Shown here: in pieces, positions 56,935 through 64,000 of the stretch
Position numbering within the stretch: position 1 is the stretch's first letter
How the letters are laid out: each line of letters begins with the position of its first letter
Assembly: GCF_009914755.1 (NCBI RefSeq)
Contig: NC_060925.1
DNA length: 64,000 bases
From: the human T2T-CHM13v2.0 reference genome, Homo sapiens
Strand: one strand, 5' to 3'
The notes under the pieces: generated by a model
Database searches by the model: none
What the model saw: the letters and a program-made list of their open reading frames with translations, nothing else
Told to the model about the DNA's origin: nothing
Position numbers and translations under genes: made by a program

Positions 56935-57865
56935 GTTTCAAGATGGAAAATGTTGTGAACAATTGCATCTCAGAAAAGGCAAGAACCAGGGCACCTCTGG
57001 GAATCTCTGCAGGCATCGTGGCATTTCCTTAAAGCATATGACTGCCCCAAGGACTGCCATCTAAATTTTTCTATCTGACTACCTTCAGTTCTGAGGCTTC
57101 CTCTGTCAAGGTTCTCATTCCCAAGGTAAGAAGTCAGACGGCCTGATGAGGATCCGGTATCCTTCTGAAGTGGAAGGACAGTGTCTGGTGAGCAGGTGTC
57201 ATGGAGGGCCAGTGGCATGTGCCTGTTGGGAGGGGTGCTATGTGAGTCAAGCTGCACAGACAAGAATAGCATCTACTGTTTTGGCATCTTTCCTTACCAC
57301 TACATGATGTTTCTCTGCTCTGAGGAGATCACACACCTTGATTTCTCCAAGTATGCTGGCTACAGTCACATTCCAGTGCCAGCAATGCCATTAGCTCCCT
57401 TTTTCAGGCCAAATCACATGTATTAGAGAATATATTTATTATTCCCGCAAGAATATGAGATGCAGGAGGGCTGTACATTGATTCTGCATATTTTTATCCC
57501 AAGCCTAGGAGGACAGCTCACTCAGGAGACAACTGGAGAGCAGCACCTTCAATTCACTTTTCTTGGAATCTAGGTTGTATCCTGATAAGAAGCATGTGAA
57601 AAAAAAAAATGTGTGTGTGCGTGTTGGTTGGGGTTGAGGGAGAGATGTTCAACACTAACATAGAATTAATGAATTAATGATAACATAGTGTCATATTGAG
57701 ATAGTGAGATGTGCTGCACTTTGGAATAAGAGAGACATAGGTTCCTATCCTGTTTATTTAGCAGATTATTTAACTTGCCGGTGCATCTATTTCTTCCTCT
57801 ATGAAATGGAGAAACAATCCTATGAATCTCTATGAGGACTAAATTGGATAACGCGTTATGCTGGG

Positions 57866-58331
57866 TGTGGTTGACTGGCTCCCAGCAGCCAACCCCACCC
57901 GTTTCCATGTTCCTTTTTTGTACATAGGAGCTGAGGAGATAAACGCTACATTTAGCAGACTCCTTGGCAGCAAGGGCTCTGGGTGTGAATTGTGTCTGCC
58001 AACCAGAGGGAGAAGTTGGACGCGAACGCTTGGCTGTTCCTGCTGGCTAGCAACGTGGTAGGAACAGGTTTCTGTGCAACGGAGTTTGCATGCGTATTTC
58101 AGACTTTTCAGTGTTTTGAGATTTGTGACATCACTGCAGTAATGACCTCAGAGCGGGCACTCCTAATGAGTCAGTTGCACATTGTTTTGGCAGTCATCCC
58201 ACAATATCCACTCAAAAACCGACTTCTCTGGCCCTCCCACTGATTGTCAGGATCTCACTTGCAGTATTAACCCACTTCTGTTTTCAGTCTCTAGAGTGGT
58301 TTGTTTCCTATTCTGAGCAATGACTAATATA
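57866..58331 (+). mobile_element. LTR33-like ERVL LTR inserted in a MIR (MIR pieces about 57720-57860 and 58335-58565)
   Basis: CTACATTTAGCAGACTCCTTGGCAGC..; 3' CTAGAGTGGTTTGTTTCC..TGACTAATATA. Confidence 0.7.
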
Positions 58332-59399
58332 GACATACAAAGTGCTTAACAGAGCACCTTTCTGTGGCACTAAAAAATGCTTGATAAATATAGCTATTAA
58401 TATTATTATTATTATCTGGTATTTGACCTTAATCAAGTTGCTTAACCGCACTAAGCCTGAATTTTCTTATCTATAAAACAGGGACTTCTTAAGGAACTGC
58501 TGTACAGATAAAATAACATAATGTATGAAAAGAGCTTAGCACAGAGAGTAGGTGCCCAGTAAATTTTGTGTATAATTATATATTCCTTTTATTCATTTTC
58601 ATTTTTTCAACATATAAATTATTTTATTAGTCGTTTAGCTTAATCCACACATAGTATAACACTATAACAGCATCAAACTGTTGTATGCCAATGTCTATGT
58701 TATTGACATGTAGTAGATTTCTAAATGATTTAGAAATGTGTTATACAAGAAGCCAGGTTAAACTTAAATAATGAGAGTTTCTGCAAAACTAATCGACTGA
58801 CTCTTACCTCTGGTAATTTTTCCTTAGACTTTATTCTGCAATCACTAGAGGGCAGACAAATACAGTGAATAATCAGTACCAGCTAAAGCAGTAAATTCTT
58901 AATGAGCTTTCTGAATATGGGTAGAAACCGTTATTTTTCAAACATGAAAATAGAAGAACAAAGATACTTACTATGTAAGGACACAAATATCAGTTAAAAG
59001 TTTATAAGTTTATTTTAACTTCATTGTTATATAAAATTAGTAAGCACAATTTTCTACCTCATACTTATGTAAATTTTAAAGTAAAATCATTCAACAACAC
59101 ATACATTAATTTTTAAAATTAACAAGATAATTAAATGATATATATTCATTAGAACAGAGAGAGAAGGTAGCATAGTAAGAGGATCATGAATCTGGGAATA
59201 CAAAGACCCAAACTCCAAATGGGTCATTTTACCTATTAGTTGTTGTAGGCACAGTGCTTTGGGCCGACAAACTTTCAAGATGCTAGAAAAATGTTTGAAA
59301 CTTGTAAAATAATTGATTCCAGACTTTGAAATGAAGACTTTTTATTTACACACACACACATGCACATATATGGACACAACCTAACGAGCAATATTCCCA

Positions 59400-60740
59400 A
59401 AACAGTAAGAACATGTTGGAATCTTGATTGAATGGTAATAAATGATTTTCATAGAACTGCCCTCTTTACAATATTGGGTCTTACAACCTATGAATGTAGT
59501 ACGTCCTTCTGTTTCTTTGTTTATTTGAGTCTTATTTTAATTCTTTTAAATGATATTTTACACTTTTCTATGCAGAGTTCTTGAACATATTTAGAGTTAG
59601 GTGTGTAAATATTTTTATACTATTTTAAATAATATCCTAATTTTAATTTCTAACTCTGTTACTGTTACATATAAATACAATTTCTGTACATGGCTGAAGT
59701 TATCTAACTTGCTAAATTCTTTTATTAATTGATATTAACTATGTGTAGAATCTCTTGAATTTTCCATATATATGATCCTCTGTTCTGCAAATAATATCAA
59801 TTTTCTTACTTTGCTATATTTTTATTTTTATTTCTTCTTCCTACTGCATTGCTACATATCCTCCAGTATATGAAGAATTAAATTAATGACAGTAGTCTCC
59901 TAGCCTTTTTATTGAAACAGATGGAGAACTTATTTATAATTATACATAATATTTGTTAAAGGTTTTATCAATTTTATTAATATTTTAAATTTAGCAACTT
60001 TGATGATGCCTTTGTTTATGTGTTTGTTCTACTCCTTTTTTTCTGCCATGTTGTTTTTGTTTCTATTATAGCCTTTGGATTGAATTTGCTCTTTTTTTTC
60101 CTACATTCAACACCATGAAATGGAGGTTTAGTTGATTGATTTTTAGACTTTCCTGTAAAATATAGACATATAGGATTTTCAATTTAAATTTCTCTTTGAA
60201 CTCATCTTTAATACAGTCCCACAAATTCTACATGTTGTACTTTTATTATGTATTTCATGATATTCCTAATTTTCATTGTGATTTCTTCTCTCATAGTTTT
60301 TATATAAACACATTTTTTAATTTTCAAGTATACAGGCTGTTTCCAGTTTGGTTTTCTTTTTTGTGGTCTGGTTTACTTTATTTTTACTGTGGTCAGAGAA
60401 CACACTGTTATTTTAAATGCACTGAAATTTATAGATGGTTTATGTGTGATAGAGGGATATGAATTTTGCAGTTTCAAAGTTTGTATTACCATTAGGGGAA
60501 GCTGCTTTGAAATCTTCCCATATCACTGTGTATTTAATTATTTCTCAATCTAGTTCTGCTCATTTTTATACATATATATGTCATATAGTTTGTCCATTCC
60601 AAATTAGAATTTATATTGCCACTTGCTAAACTAAACTTCTTGTAATTATGAAGTAGTCTACTTAATCTCTAGTGATATGTATTGCCTTATAGTCTATTTT
60701 GTCTGATATTAATGTGTTTATACAGCATATCTTGATAAAT
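59400..60740 (-). mobile_element. Ancient L1 (L1M/L1ME-like) ORF2 fragments
   Basis: T-rich L1 antisense text (CTTGCTAAATTCTTTTATTAATT; CCCACAAATTCTACATGTTGTA; TCTATTTTGTCTGATATTAAT). Confidence 0.65.
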
Positions 60741-61023
60741 ATAACCTTGTTTTGTAGAAGTTGTTGGTGAAGCAGGACAGATCAGTTATATAATTGGTAC
60801 ACATAAGTATAAAAACTGAGTTGAAAATAATAAATTATAATTATTCCACCTGAAGTCCCAGCATCTTCATTCTGAAATTAAATTATTTAGTAATTTTTCA
60901 ATATTATATAGATTAAAATCATCCTTCTATATCCTTAGACTGTGCCTTTTCTAGTCTTCCATATCTCTTCTCTTCCTTGGTGTGTAATGTTTCACCTCAA
61001 AACACGTTTGATGCACTTGCTAC

Positions 61024-61792
61024 TGATATGGACAGGAGATAGGGAAATACTGAGTAAAAGAGGGCAGTTCCCCAGCAAAGGCTTCACCCTTAAGCCTGGA
61101 GACCCACAGCCCTAAGTGGGAACAGTCATTTCTGTCTTTGTACCCAAAAAGCTGCCTTTTGGCCCCCCATGCCCCTCTATCCTGTACCCACAAAAACTCC
61201 GAACCCCAGGCTCCAGAAGCAGACAAGCAGACAAAGAGACAAGGAGATAAAAACACAAACAGTGGAACAGCACAGCAGAGAAAACAAAGAGAAGGAATTT
61301 CTGAACACTGAGAGGAGTTTGGCTGGGGATGGTGGAAGAGGAGCTCAGCTGCTGGATGGCCAAACTCCCAGGTCAGGTCATTTTTCCACTCCATCCCCCT
61401 TCTAGCTCCCCATCCATCCTGCTGAGAGCCACCTCCACCACTCAATAAAACCCCACATTCATGGCTTGGGAAGGCTCAATTCTCCTGGGATGCTGGGCAA
61501 AAGCTTGGGATACAGAAAGCTGTCACATTGGCCCTCTGCCCTTCTGTAAAGGCAGAGGGACCATTGAGCTGGTAACACTTAAGCCATCTGCAGATGGCAA
61601 GGCAAAAATAGCTGGAGGCACCCACCCACGGGACTGGAGCCCAAAGCACTCACCCCGGCTCCTACACATGCCCATCTGCATGCTCCCCGTCTTGTCAGGG
61701 GTTTAAGCAGTGAACAGTGGTGGCAATGGAACAGGCGAGCCACACCCGTGTTGCAAGTACTATGAGGGGGATCAGGGAACTCTCCCATTTCA
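61024..61792 (+). mobile_element. LTR1-family (ERV1) solo LTR
   Basis: TGATATGGACAGGAG...GGGAACTCTCCCATTTCA; AATAAA at about 61444; exact 4-bp TSD CTAC. Confidence 0.85.
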
Positions 61793-61965
61793 CTACCAAT
61801 CTAGCTTTGGGACTCTCCATGGCAGGGCTACATCTGGTCTAGCCCTTCCTCTGCAGTCAACAGAATACACTTGACCCATCAGTTAGTCTGCTTCTGAAAA
61901 CTTATGCGGTCTATGAAGTTTCTCCTCACAACTGTAAGTATTATTTATCTTTCTCTGTGTTCTAA

Positions 61966-62200
<235 letters not shown>

Positions 62201-62223
62201 ATATTTTTTTTCATGTTTCTTTC

Positions 62224-64000
<1,777 letters not shown>

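Noticed and set aside
61020-61445. 141-aa minus-strand ORF
   Set aside because: It lies antisense within the LTR1-like solo LTR and is a chance ORF.

Overview
Primate (human-like) genomic DNA that is AT-rich and dominated by transposable elements: Alu S/Y, L1PA/L1MA, L2, MIR, MaLR/ERVL/ERV1 LTRs and hAT DNA transposons. It looks intergenic or deep-intronic. I found no supportable host protein-coding exon, RNA gene, CpG island or CRISPR-type array. Nearly all ORF-track entries are TE fragments or chance ORFs. The only long ORFs are the C-terminal part of ORF2 of a young L1PA element running off the right end, broken by one in-frame stop. Most notable observations: (1) a nested TE stack at about 4.6-17.2 kb (L2 > MLT1 > L1MA8/9 > near full-length L1MA4-like > THE1D provirus and AluSx); (2) a two-LTR THE1D-like provirus whose 5' LTR has a perfect DUX4-type motif, broken in the 3' LTR, followed by strong splice donors, making it a candidate inducible LTR-driven first exon; (3) several fold-back (inverted templated) insertions inside old L1s; (4) two CTCF-like sites in divergent orientation at 27.1 and 55.3 kb; (5) candidate promoter/enhancer motif clusters at about 34.9 and 41.7 kb and an OCT-SOX composite in an LTR9-like solo LTR. 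I do not see evidence for a truly new biological system. Subfamily names come from my recall of consensus sequences and need RepeatMasker/Dfam confirmation, and boundaries of old elements are approximate.
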